Assembly (NCBI RefSeq): GCF_006345805.1
Contig: NC_043000.1
Span: 75,144,001 to 75,208,000 of the forward strand
From: Octopus sinensis
Lineage: Eukaryota
Reading direction: 5' to 3'
Length of the DNA stretch: 64,000 bases
Below, in pieces: positions 10,853 to 21,700 of this stretch. The notes under the pieces were generated by a model that saw only the letters and a program-made list of their open reading frames with translations, did no database searches and had not been told where the DNA came from. A program made the position numbers and the translations under genes. Each line of letters starts with the position of its first letter. The first letter of the stretch is position 1.

Positions 10853-12982
10853 TTGTGGAGCAAAGAAAAGAAAAGAAAGGAAAGTCTGTCCTCTATTCAG
10901 TTCGATATAAATAGTTATTACTCTAGTATTTCCCCTATCTTGCTAAACAAATCACTAATATTTGCTATGAATCGCTCCCTCATATCTAGAGAGGAAATCA
11001 ATATTGTGCTACTAGCTAGAAAGACATTTATAGAATTTGAAGATAAGTTATGGACTAGAGCAGATACACCTAATTATTTTGATATACCCATGGGTTCCAG
11101 TGATTCGGCTGAGGTGACTAACCTAGTAGGCGCGTATCTATTAAAATGCATAAGTAAGGATATCCCGGAACTACAAGGTGGTTTATATAGGGATGATGCT
11201 CTGTTTGTTATCCCTAGTAATAATAAATCTAGTATAGAAAGGATTAGAAAGAAAATTAATAAGTTCTTTAAGGATTTCAACCTCAGCATAACGTATGAAC
11301 CTGGCACTAAAATAGTTAACTTCCTAGATATTACGTTAGACCTTAACTCCAAGCTGCATTACCCATTTAGAAAAGAAGGCGAAATCACGAGATACGTAAA
11401 TAAATTATCCAATCATCCCCCAAATATAATTGAATCTTTAGTCAGAAATATTTCATTAAGAATTTCAAAATTATCATCCAATAAGGATATATTTAACTCT
11501 CATTCTGAGCATTATAATGCGGCGTTAACTAAGGCAGGATACAACCAAAATATTACATTTATTGATAAGGGGAACTTACATATTCCTAATAAAGAAGTTA
11601 TCAGTAATCACGTAAGCAGCAATATAGACCAGGCCCGAAATAGAAGTAGAAGTAGATTCACGGTAACCGCAAATCTAGCGTACAAGCCCAATAATTCAAA
11701 TAGAAGAATAGACCAAAGCATAGGTAACTCGGATAAAATCGAATTAGATAAATCAAAGATGCACACAAATAATGGTAATAAATACAATGACTCTGGTGAG
11801 ATGAATAGTAATAATTCTACGAACCCTGATTCTAATTCAAGGAAATTTAATAAGAAAGATATAATATGGCTGAATATTCCTTTCAACTGTGCGATTCAAT
11901 CGGATATACAGAACAAATTCAAAGTAATTCTAGAAAAAAATTTCCCAATCTCTCATAGATATCATAGAATTATTTCTAAGAAAACAGTTAGGATTTCTTA
12001 TTCAACCCTCCCAAATATGTCCACTTTAATAGCTAAGATTAATAATAACAACATTAAGCTAGCCAGGAAAGATAGAAATAAAAATAATAATACCAACATG
12101 AATACCAATAACAATTATAATAATACTACCAACAATAGTAATTATCAAAACATGGATGGAATCAGTAACCACAGAATGACTAATAATAATATTAACATTA
12201 ATAGGAGTAATAATAATATCGATATTAATAGAAGTAATAATGTTAATAATAGAAGTAAGGCTAATAGAGAAAATACAGAGAATGAAAATATCAGTGATAT
12301 CTATAACAACAATATACAGTCAGATAAAAATACTAGCAATAATAGTAACATTACCAATAATGTAAATAATCATGGTAGGACTTTAGACCTAAAAGATGGA
12401 GCAGAAGGATCAATAAATAATAACAATGCTTTAGATAACAGCACCAACTATAAAAATAATAATAATAATAAAGATAATTATACTCATGATAATCAAAATA
12501 ACAGGAACATAAGACATCTGCCCATGAATAATCCAACATCTGAAGTTGTTCCTCCTGCGTGTAAGTGTAGAATTAAGTCAAAATTCCCGGCACCTGGTCT
12601 ATTCGGGGAAAATAACGTAATCTATAAATGTACCATATCTACTGAGAATAACAAATTTTTTTACATTGGTTGTACGATAAATTTTAGAGACAGAGTTAGA
12701 AATCACGTCTCATCTTTTAAATTACGTCATAAAGCTGGTACCACCACACTTTCAAGTAAGATCTGGGAACTCAAAAATAATAACAGGAATTATAACCTTA
12801 ATTGGGAAATAGTTAGGAGAGCAATGCCGTATAAAAATAACAGGGTTGGTTGCCAACTCTGCTCTATGGAGACCTATGAAATTCTAAGGCATAGAAAAAA
12901 TAGAGGTTTGTTAAATAACCATATTGAAGTAGGTCAAGTTTGTGTCCACGCTAAATTGAAGACTCTAAAATATTTTAAATGA
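10853..12982 (+). CDS. Penelope-like (Naiad-type) reverse transcriptase C-terminal half + GIY-YIG endonuclease; first ~11 codons are chimeric (from the inverted repeat)
   Basis: FDINSYYSSI (motif A), IPMGSSDSAE (motif B), LYRDD (motif C), FLDITL, IWLNIPFN, ISYSTLPN, then CKCR..NVIYKC..FYIGCT..RVRNH..LSSKIWELK..CQLCSME..LLN..CVH; uninterrupted for 2.1 kb. Confidence 0.9.
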   Translation: MWSKEKKRKESLSSIQFDINSYYSSISPILLNKSLIFAMNRSLISREEINIVLLARKTFIEFEDKLWTRADTPNYFDIPMGSSDSAEVTNLVGAYLLKCISKDIPELQGGLYRDDALFVIPSNNKSSIERIRKKINKFFKDFNLSITYEPGTKIVNFLDITLDLNSKLHYPFRKEGEITRYVNKLSNHPPNIIESLVRNISLRISKLSSNKDIFNSHSEHYNAALTKAGYNQNITFIDKGNLHIPNKEVISNHVSSNIDQARNRSRSRFTVTANLAYKPNNSNRRIDQSIGNSDKIELDKSKMHTNNGNKYNDSGEMNSNNSTNPDSNSRKFNKKDIIWLNIPFNCAIQSDIQNKFKVILEKNFPISHRYHRIISKKTVRISYSTLPNMSTLIAKINNNNIKLARKDRNKNNNTNMNTNNNYNNTTNNSNYQNMDGISNHRMTNNNININRSNNNIDINRSNNVNNRSKANRENTENENISDIYNNNIQSDKNTSNNSNITNNVNNHGRTLDLKDGAEGSINNNNALDNSTNYKNNNNNKDNYTHDNQNNRNIRHLPMNNPTSEVVPPACKCRIKSKFPAPGLFGENNVIYKCTISTENNKFFYIGCTINFRDRVRNHVSSFKLRHKAGTTTLSSKIWELKNNNRNYNLNWEIVRRAMPYKNNRVGCQLCSMETYEILRHRKNRGLLNNHIEVGQVCVHAKLKTLKYFK

Positions 12983-13734
12983 ATAACTGTATAGAATAAT
13001 CGTAACAAGATAGATAGATAGATATAGCTTGGTTTTTACTAGTATAGCATTACTTTAATTTTTAAGTAGGTAACTGCGAGTTCTCACACTATAGTTATCT
13101 TTTTCTTTATAACTGCACCTGATTTTGAGCACAAGGAAATAAATAGTACTTGTACGTTGCTTAAATGAAGTTTTATTTAATTTTAAATCTTAATTTTTAA
13201 TTTTTAATTTAATCTAATTTAGGTAACACAACTTTAATAAAATAAGTTACTTAGGCTTCATAATTCTATTACAAAATTAAATAAGTAAGGCTACTCCCTT
13301 GAAAGTAGTATGAGAAATTTCAATATAATAGACAATTCCATCACACCTTGTAAACTAACTTCTAAGTTTTGACCTGTAGTCTGTCAATGTATAGATAGTA
13401 ACGGCAACAATTTAAGACGGTAACAGGAATAAATAAATAAATAAATTTAAATGACCTCTTGTTAGGATTGCACTTAGATTTTTTCTCTTAATGTATTTCC
13501 TTTTGATGATAGCCTTTGACCCCTCTACCCCTGACCTTGTTATCTCTTTAGATTCTCTTTAGATTCATATCTGCTTTCAACTACGTCAGGTTGGCAATAA
13601 ATAGCTGTTTTACTGGTCAAAAATAATATTCTCCTTATAGTTCCTGGATTCTTGCAAATTCAAGCCAGCCAGGCCGTCTACAAATTCTTCTTTAGAACCC
13701 CTTTCCCTCTAAGTTGTCACAGTATACTCTATGT

Positions 13735-13900
13735 AGGCGTTTTTTCTTTTCTCCCTTCTTTCCCTTTTTTTCTTTTCCCTTTTTTTCTTTTTCTTTTTCT
13801 TTTTTCCTTTCTTCTCCCCTTTTTTCTTTTTTCTTTTCCTTTTTTCTTTTTCCTTTTCCTTGTCTCTTTTCTTCTCTTTCCTTTCTTTTCTTTTCTTTGC
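13735..13900 (+). repeat. Polypyrimidine (CTTTT)n-like tract in PLE 3'UTR
   Basis: Visible low-complexity T/C run; produces spurious ORFs 13652-13951 and 13692-13907. Confidence 0.9.
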
Positions 13901-14253
13901 TCCACAAAAATTCCTTCAGCCTTTAGAAGTCATAACTTAGCAGTCTTGTGAAGAGAACAGTAATGTGGCAAATACCTTATCATATAGCATGAAATGATAC
14001 CCACCTCATTGTGGATTAACCATGGATAAATTCATCGTCTGTGAGTATGAAATTCCTCCTTCTACACTACGGATTAATTCAACTTCTCTGTGAAGCTAAT
14101 AAGCTTTTTTTAATAACCTGTGATAAGACTGTGCATCATCATTAAAGAACTTCGGAGATCTGTTTACAACCTAAATCTGCTTTTAATGAAATTATCTCCA
14201 ATACTTCATGAGTATAGCCTCACCCACTAAGATGTTTGGAGAACTCATATGTA

Positions 14254-14344
14254 TTTTAGCTGATGAGTACGGGACACTTTTATCTGCTGCAATTTTTGCA
14301 ACTTTTAATAAAGCCTGTCTTTGTATGAAACAATTGTACTAAAA
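14254..14344 (+). ncRNA. Type I hammerhead ribozyme in Naiad 3' region
   Basis: ttttag-CTGATGA-gtac[..]gtat-GAAAC-aatt-GTA^ctaaaa: 6-bp helix I, extended helix II (gtacgggaca/tgtctttgtat), palindromic helix III acaattgt; predicted cleavage after 14338. Confidence 0.88.
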
Positions 14345-14484
14345 ACTAATCCATTCTTGTTGCTTCTTTCTCGTTTATAATCACCCCACATTACTGTATG
14401 GTTAACACCATATAGTTTTCTGGTGCATCTAAGTTAAGTACCGCATTCAAGTAAATTCGTTAGAATTGACTTGAATCTTAATTG

Positions 14485-14536
<52 letters not shown>

Positions 14537-14760
14537 ATCAATATAGGGTGGCAGAAAAAATTTTGTAGAATTCTTTTTGCCACCAGCGGCCTAGTGGGAA
14601 AAAATTAAATAGTCATAGACCATTTTTAAGTTCAACATCAACAATCAAGGAACGGCCATGATAGGCCATTCACCCACTAGAAATAACAGCCAAAGCTTCA
14701 ACCGCAAATAAAGATTAATTCCGTAAACAGGAGAAAATTTAAAAAAACATTTACCCTGTA

Positions 14761-14868
14761 ATTTCTTGTACGATGCACCGTTTCATCTGCTGTTTAATGG
14801 TAAACTAACCTGATTAAATTAAATCAAGCCAATCTTCCATAGGCCCTCAGATTCTTCAGCAAGAAATA
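14761..14868 (-). ncRNA. Type I hammerhead ribozyme (retrozyme-like element, copy 1)
   Basis: Minus strand: atttcttg-CTGAAGA-atctg[58 nt]cagat-GAAAC-ggtgcatc-GTA^caagaaat; 8-bp helix I, 5-bp helix II base, near-palindromic helix III acggtgcatcgt; cleavage between 14769 and 14768. Confidence 0.9.
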
Positions 14869-15252
14869 GCCAAGTCGGAACAGATATTTACACGAGGCAT
14901 TTCAAACCCTGCCAAGGTAATATCTGACCTAAAATTTTCAAATCGTCGCACTCGCGCCAAATTTATCGGCAGCAAATAAATATAAGCCGTCGATTCCATT
15001 ACGGAATTAACCAGAAAATTCATAATTAATCAATATAGGGTGGCAGAAAAAATTTTGTAGAATTCTTTTTGCCACCAGCGGCCTAGTGGGAAAAAATTAA
15101 ATAGTCATAGACCATTTTTAAGTTCAACATCAACAATCAAGGAACAGCCATGATAGGCCATTCACCCACTAGAAATAACAGCCAAAGCTTCAACCGCAAA
15201 TAAAGATTAATTCCGTAAACAGGAGAAAATTTTAAAAAACATTTACCCTGTA

Positions 15253-15356
15253 ATTTCTTGTACGATGCACCGTTTCATCTGCTGTTTAATGGTAAACTAA
15301 CCTGATTAAATTAAATCAAGCCAATCTTCCATAGGCCCTCAGATTCTTCAGCAAGA
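15253..15356 (-). ncRNA. Type I hammerhead ribozyme (retrozyme-like element, copy 2)
   Basis: Same core as copy 1, helix I shortened to 5 bp (tcttg/caaga) by the element boundary; cleavage between 15261 and 15260. Confidence 0.87.
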
Positions 15357-16830
15357 TTTATAGTGATCACAAGCCTCTTACGTTTGCTCTGTCATCTAAA
15401 ACGGACAAACACTCGCTTCGTGCTTTTCGTCACTTGGACTACATTTTCCAGTTTACAAGTGACATTCGGCACATACCTGGAACAGAGAACGTGCCTCCTG
15501 ATGCACTCTCTCGTCTTCCCGTGTGCTCCCTTTCATCTCCTGCTGCAATCGATTTAACTGCCATTGCGCAGGATCAGCCAGCTCTGGACACTTTGGATTT
15601 AGCTTCTGTCAAGTTGACCTGCTGCAAGTTTGCCTATCTCCTACTTCCGACTGCTGAAGGCACCATTCTTTGTGACACAGCTACTGGTTCTCCCAGACCG
15701 TTTGTACCTGAGAACCACCAGTGCTCCGTTTTTGATGCCTAGCATTCACTGTCACATCCTGGCGTTGCTGTCTCAGTTGCTGTTTCTGACCTAATATGCG
15801 CCGGATGATCACCGATTGGGCACGTTCTTGTGTAAAATGCCAGCGTTCAAAAATCCACAGACATATTCGCGCTTGTCTTGGACAGTCCCTCCCCCCCGGA
15901 GACTCGCTTTCGCCATGTCCACATTGATCAGGTTGGACCATGGCCTGTCAGTCGCGGTTTCTCTTACATATTGACATGCGTCGATCGTTTCTCTCGTTGG
16001 CCAGAGGCCATTCCAATAGTGGACATTTCCGCTGAGTCAGTTTCTCGAGCTTTCATTTCTAACTGGATTGCTCGCTTTGGAGTCCCTGCTAAAATAATCA
16101 CTGATTGCAGACGCCAGTTCGAGGCTTCCCTATTTCGTGAATTATCACGAATCCTAGGAGTTCATTACATTCGTACGACCAGCTATCACCCAGTCTCCAA
16201 CAGGATGGTCGACCGTGCCACTTCTCATCCATAGTCTTAGAGAGAATTCCTGCCTATCGTTCTTCTTGGTTGTTGCACTGCTGTTAAAGTAGACTTAGGT
16301 TTCTGCTCTGCCGAACTCCTTTATGGTACCACCCTGGTACTCCCTGGTACAATGTTAGTGCCAGACAACTCATCGCCTCCTGCTCCAACGTCGTATGTCA
16401 CCAGACTTCGCTCGTATTTCTCGAATAGACTGGTCACGTGGAATCATCCATGCATCCGCGTGACCAGTCTATTCCCTCTCACATCCCTCCTGACATTGAC
16501 AAATGGACTCATGATTTTGATCGGGATGATTCTGTTAGAGAACCTCTCGTTTCTCCTTGTGCTATCGCACACACCCAAACCTTTTAGTCTCGACATCAAT
16601 GGTCGGGCCCGTGTCGGTTGACAGACTTAAAAGGACACCCCAAACACGCCCACTTTTGATCCTTTACAACCACCTACACATCCACCTGCACATGCGCCTT
16701 TGACCACACCATCACTTACACCAACACCTTCGTCGCCACTGCCTAACACAAGCAAACCCTATGTCACCAGAACTGGCCGCACTGTGCATTGGCCTAAAAA
16801 ACACACTAAAACTATTTATACCTGACAATC
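15357..16830 (+). mobile_element. Ty3/gypsy pol remnant (RNase H C-terminus + integrase), no LTRs
   Basis: DHKPL, DIRHIPGTENVPPDALSR, H..SHPG / C..C zinc-finger remnants, HVHIDQVGP..YILTCVDRFSRWPEAIP..ITD..SYHP (rve core); stops and frameshifts. Confidence 0.92.
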
Positions 16831-17009
16831 TCTTTTGTGTTTCCTGTGACAATCAATTACTTTCTTGTGTTAATGGACAGTTTTAATACTCTGCCATTGA
16901 ACATTTTGTCAAAATTTTGTGCATACCAATTTATATTTCTTGCAGTTATTGCAGTTATTTTTCTATTTGACTTGTCACATTTTTGTACCATATTTTGTTG
17001 GTTGCCATC

Positions 17010-17580
17010 AGGGATCTTTTCAGTTTGAAGGCCAGATTTTCCTAGTTAACTAAACAATTTGAAACTTCGTATACTGGTAGAATGTGTCATAATTGTAAAC
17101 CAAAATGAAAACGGAATTGTAATTTCTAAGTTTAACGTTGTTTAATAATTCGAATTTTAACCAATGGCATTCTTTCTTTCGACCTCATATTATTTACTGC
17201 CTCTCAAAATATTGTTACTGTGACGTAAACAGCTATTTTGTGACGTATTTAACGTAAACATGTAAACAGACCTACAGATTCGTTTGTAACGTAAACATCC
17301 GCTTATCGTAAATAGCTAAATTCGCTTGGCATCGTACACAGCTTTTTCAGTTCCCTAGAATTATATTTGAAAGAAAATAAAAAGAAAAAGATTCATACGC
17401 ATAAATATCCATCCTTAGACATCAGAAAGATTTACAAATGCAACAAAAATTTAAAATACCGGATCTTTACCTTTTGACCTACAGATTTAAAAAATAATTT
17501 TTTCTAACTAAACACTTCCAAACTTCGTGGAGTATATATAAAATTTGTGTAGATCCTAAATAGCTAAATTCTTTTTGAAA
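17010..17580 (+). repeat. Interspersed non-coding repeat related to 8495-9208
   Basis: Shared ggatcttt..ctagttaactaaacaatttgaaacttcg block, with an internal second related block at ~17460-17530. Confidence 0.4.
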
Positions 17581-17617
17581 GTCTTAGTATATATGAAATG
17601 AGTGTTTAAATTATTTT

Positions 17618-17633
17618 CCATTGTTTGCATTGC

Positions 17634-17675
<42 letters not shown>

Positions 17676-17690
17676 GTACATACACACATA
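17618..17690. repeat. (CA)n microsatellite
   Basis: Direct observation. Confidence 0.95.
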
Positions 17691-17889
17691 CTAAAATTAC
17701 ATCGTTGGAGCAGTAATTTATTTATGTATTTTTTGTTATACAATTTATTTTTAAGCTGAATCCCTATCCTGCCATTAACCCCTTTCTTATAAAATAGTTG
17801 AAGATTCTGGGGTGTAGGAATTGGGCCAGTATTGGAACTTTTAACTTCTTGCTCTCTATCATATGATCTCCGAAATTTAAGAATCTTGT

Positions 17890-18345
17890 GTTAACTGGGC
17901 TCTTATTATTTACTCTGACTCTGCCACCACCTCAATGCAAAGACTATCAATATCAGAATCATCTTCACAACCACCACTACAACCATTACCACAACCTCCA
18001 ATGCCACCACCACAACCATCTTCTGCAACCACAACCCCAAGATCAATACCAGCATCATATTCAAAATCACCAATTTCACCACCACTACACTCTGCAATGT
18101 CTTCAACACTACCATCTATGAGACATCCTAACATAATCAATGCTACTACTACAATCATCATCATTATCATCATCATCCACTGCCGCCACCACCACCACCA
18201 CCTCTACAAAAACACCAACACTATAATTGCTGCCATCATACACATCCACTGTCACCACTACACCACCACCACCACCAATGCCATGATAACCACATCTACC
18301 ACCTCCAACACCATGGCCACCACTATCTATGAGACATCCTAAGTT
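17890..18345. repeat. Degenerate (CAC/CAT)n low-complexity tract
   Basis: Trinucleotide-rich, open in several frames; ctatgagacatcctaa duplicated at ~18117 and ~18327. Confidence 0.75.
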
Positions 18346-18794
18346 AGATACTACTTTCACTTTCTAGTTGCTTTTGAGTTTATTATATCTAATCTATCTC
18401 TCTAAAAGATGCAAACCAAGTAGCATTAAATGGAGAATGGATGTGAGCAGAAAGAGAGTAAGTTCCATTCCAGTTTACAACAATTATAGAATTATTCTCA
18501 AACCATAAATGAATGGTGGAGAGGAGTGAAGGAGGAGTCATGTTTCCTCTGAGAGGTTACAGAAGTATTATTACACTGTTGTTAGAATAGCTGTGGAAAA
18601 TGTAAGTTGAAATCAAATTTGATGCTAAATACTTTTATAGTCATGTTTCCAATGAAATACGCATAATCAATTTGAACAGTCTTAGTAAAATAACTACTTT
18701 CTTTAATTATTAATCAGGTGTTTGGATCAACAAAATTATGAGATAAAGGTGAGAAGGTCAGTAGAGTGTCTATCTGCTTGTAACTATGTAGACT

Positions 18795-21700
18795 ATGCCT
18801 TGTTATGGTTTATGTTAGGGTTAGAGCTATGGTCTAGAATTGGCAACAGATAGCATACTAAATTGTAAATGGCCACGTTTACTGTATGCTTAACTGGCAC
18901 TAGAGATTTAATGAAACAGTTTACCTATCAGAATTTAAGTCATGAAAGGGTTAGTTAGCATTGTCAACACACTTCACATTTCTCTTTTTTTGTGGGCAAT
19001 GAAATAAAACACTAGATAAGAAGTGGGTCAATATAGTTGACATTATTTCCTCCTATAAAATTTTTGGCTATGTACCTTTGTTAGAAATTCTTATTTGTAT
19101 TAATATAAAGTGCGAGCAAGAGAACATCTGCAGGCTTTCCTAAACTGTTAATGTGAATGTAGATGATATCATTTTTCAACTTGTGTAAATTAATGTCTGA
19201 TGAGAATGTGATTCCATGTAGAAGCTGCCATTCTGAAGATAAATGATTGGATAAAATATTTAGTAAAAGGTTCTAGCTGTGAGACATGTTAAAGATGATG
19301 TGGGCTCAGTTTGATATAGTTTACAGCTTACTAATTCACAGGAATAGTAGTGGGTGTTAGGGTTTTTTTTTCCCGTGTTTTATTTGAACAATTTGGCTGG
19401 ATAAAGGGGGCTGTATCCTTGCCTTTTGCATTCCTTCTGAGACAAGAGGTGTGCCTTCAAAACTGGTAAGATTGACGTAGTTGATCTTGAATAAAATGTG
19501 TGGATGGCTGCCGAGGAAATAACATGGACAAGGGAATTTCAGAAGGATGACAATCTGGTAAGAAAGAATTTAATGCTTAGTTTGCAGGTGAATTACATGC
19601 TACGTGATCTTCGAGCCTTTTGTCGCCAGATGCTGTAACATGGTTTGCATCCAATATAGTAGTACCACCACTATTGCAATAATGGCCTAAAATATGTGGT
19701 ACCAGTGTGATAAAATAAGATAATGCAGCAATAATAACAACATAACTATCGCTCAAGAACCAACAAATATTCCAAATGAACAAACCAACCCACACTCTCG
19801 AACTTCACTATGAAATAACACAAACTATATACACTCTCTCAGTTCAGTCCATTCCTCACAAGAGGGTACCTTGGCTCTCATCACAACACTGAGAGTGTAA
19901 GAGGTGACTTAAGGTTACTAACTTTGTTCTGCCGACAAATTTCCATTTATTTATTCTTAAGCTTCTCTTACTGCTGGAAACCACCTCTGCCTACATTATG
20001 TGAACAATGTAGACAATTGACAAGTATCAAATGCCACAATACATAAATTAATTATTTATTAAAATTATCTTCAATTGTAGAAGTATCATAATTACTAAAT
20101 GGTAATCGATTAGCATATTCAGGGCCATTTAGTCACCTACCAATCTGGTAGACACACTAGTCAAATTTACTACATCCTCACTAGGAAACAGGAAAGACGA
20201 CTACTTGTAAATGCCCAAACCTTCCCAGGTGAAGAATGTACCCCACAACATAGATTAGTAGTTAGCGACTTCAGGGCTAAACGGATGCCCAGAAGACGAC
20301 CAGAATGGCGGAGAAGGGTCTGGAAGCTTAAGGATCCTGCAAAAAGAGATTGAGAGACATATTACTCAAAGCTGTGGAAGACAGCTGGAGGTTTCTACAG
20401 GACAACCTTTTGAGGGCTAGTGACCAGATCTGTGGATGGTGCAAAGTTTCCTCTCAACCTAAGGTAACGTGGTAGTGGAACAATGTTGTTGACAGGCCTA
20501 GTAAGGAAAAGAAACAGGCTTTGAAGGACTGGAAGACCGGTGATAGCAGGGAATTGTATCAGACTGCCAAAAGGGAAGCTAGGAGATAGGTTTATTTGGC
20601 CAGAGGGGAAGCAGATAAGGAAAAATTTGCCAATGTTCTGCGCCGTGATGACCAAAGACTTGAAGTACTTTCCTGTTGCCAGACAGTGTGTGAGAGAGAA
20701 TCGAGATGTCCTAGGAGAGAAATGTGTCCTCATGGGTGACGGTTTACTTGTTTCAAACGAAGCTGCAAAGAGACAGGTTTGGAGACGCCATTATGAAAGT
20801 TTGCTAAGTAAAGTGAATGAATGTGTGAAAGAGAGTCTGCCAAATGCCGGCCCAACAGAGGGACCAGCTATCTATCTAAATTGACAGTGCCTTGGTAGGT
20901 AAAGCAATTAAGGGTATGAAGACAGGGAAAGCCCCCGGACAATCAGGAATCACCACAGAGATGCTCAAAATATCTGGCGGTGTCGGCTATAGCCTAGTCA
21001 ACCAGGTGATACATGAAGGAGTGATACCCAATGACTGTTGTAGCAGCACCATAGTCAACTGCTAACAAAGGTAAAGGTGACGCATTAGATACAAATAATT
21101 ACAGAGGTATCAAGTTGTTGGATCAGGTAATGAAGGTCATGGAGAGGGTCATAGCCCAAGTAATTAGGGAGAGAAGCAGTCTAGATGAGACGCAGTTTCA
21201 GTTCGTGCCAAGGGAAAGCACCACTGATGCTATATTTCTGATAAGACAGATGCAGGAGAAATAGCTAGTCCAAGATAAAACTCTGTACCTGGCTTTCATT
21301 GACAGGGTCCCCCGATCCCCTATCTGGTGGTCAATGAGGAGACTAGGGATGGATGAATGTTTATAGAGAGCTATACAAGCCATGTACAATAAGGTGACGG
21401 TTGGCAACGAGTACAATGAAGAATATCAGGTAGGGGTAAGGGTCAACCTAAGATCAGTCCTCAGCCCCCTCTTATTCACTATAGTCCTCCAGGCATTAAC
21501 AGAGGAATTCAAGACAGTCTGCTCCTCTATGCTGATGACCTTGCACTAATAGCAGAGTCACTGCCGGAACTAGAGCCAAAGGTTAGGGCATGGAAGCAAA
21601 GTCTAGAATTGAATGGCCTTAGGGTTAACCTAGCCAAAACCAAAGTTTTAGTTAGTGTGCAGGCTGTTAAATCACAAACTCCTCTGTAGAAAAGGCATTG

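Larger units (their letters stand above)
10386..14489 (+). mobile_element. Naiad-type Penelope-like element, 5'-truncated, with inverted 499-bp copy of its 3' region at the 5' end
   Basis: 10386-10884 is the reverse complement of 13876-14374; RT+GIY-YIG ORF; 1.5-kb 3'UTR with HHR; both ends in (TA)n. Confidence 0.92.
14534..15356 (-). mobile_element. Retrozyme-like non-autonomous element: two ~331-bp direct repeats (14534-14864, 15026-15356) each with an HHR, 161-bp core
   Basis: Repeats ~99% identical, period 492 bp; no ORF; intact HHR in each repeat on minus strand; left end in (TA)n. Confidence 0.75.

Noticed and set aside
12560-12995. Selenoprotein-type Naiad (UGA recoding)
   Set aside because: No in-frame TGA within either GIY-YIG domain; read-through of the terminal TGA adds only ITV before TAG.
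13652-13951. Phe-rich and Lys-rich ORFs
   Set aside because: Translation of the polypyrimidine tract in the PLE 3'UTR.
17888-18360. Pro/Ser/Thr-rich mucin-like ORFs
   Set aside because: Open in several frames on both strands due to CAC/CAT repeats; no splice or homology support.
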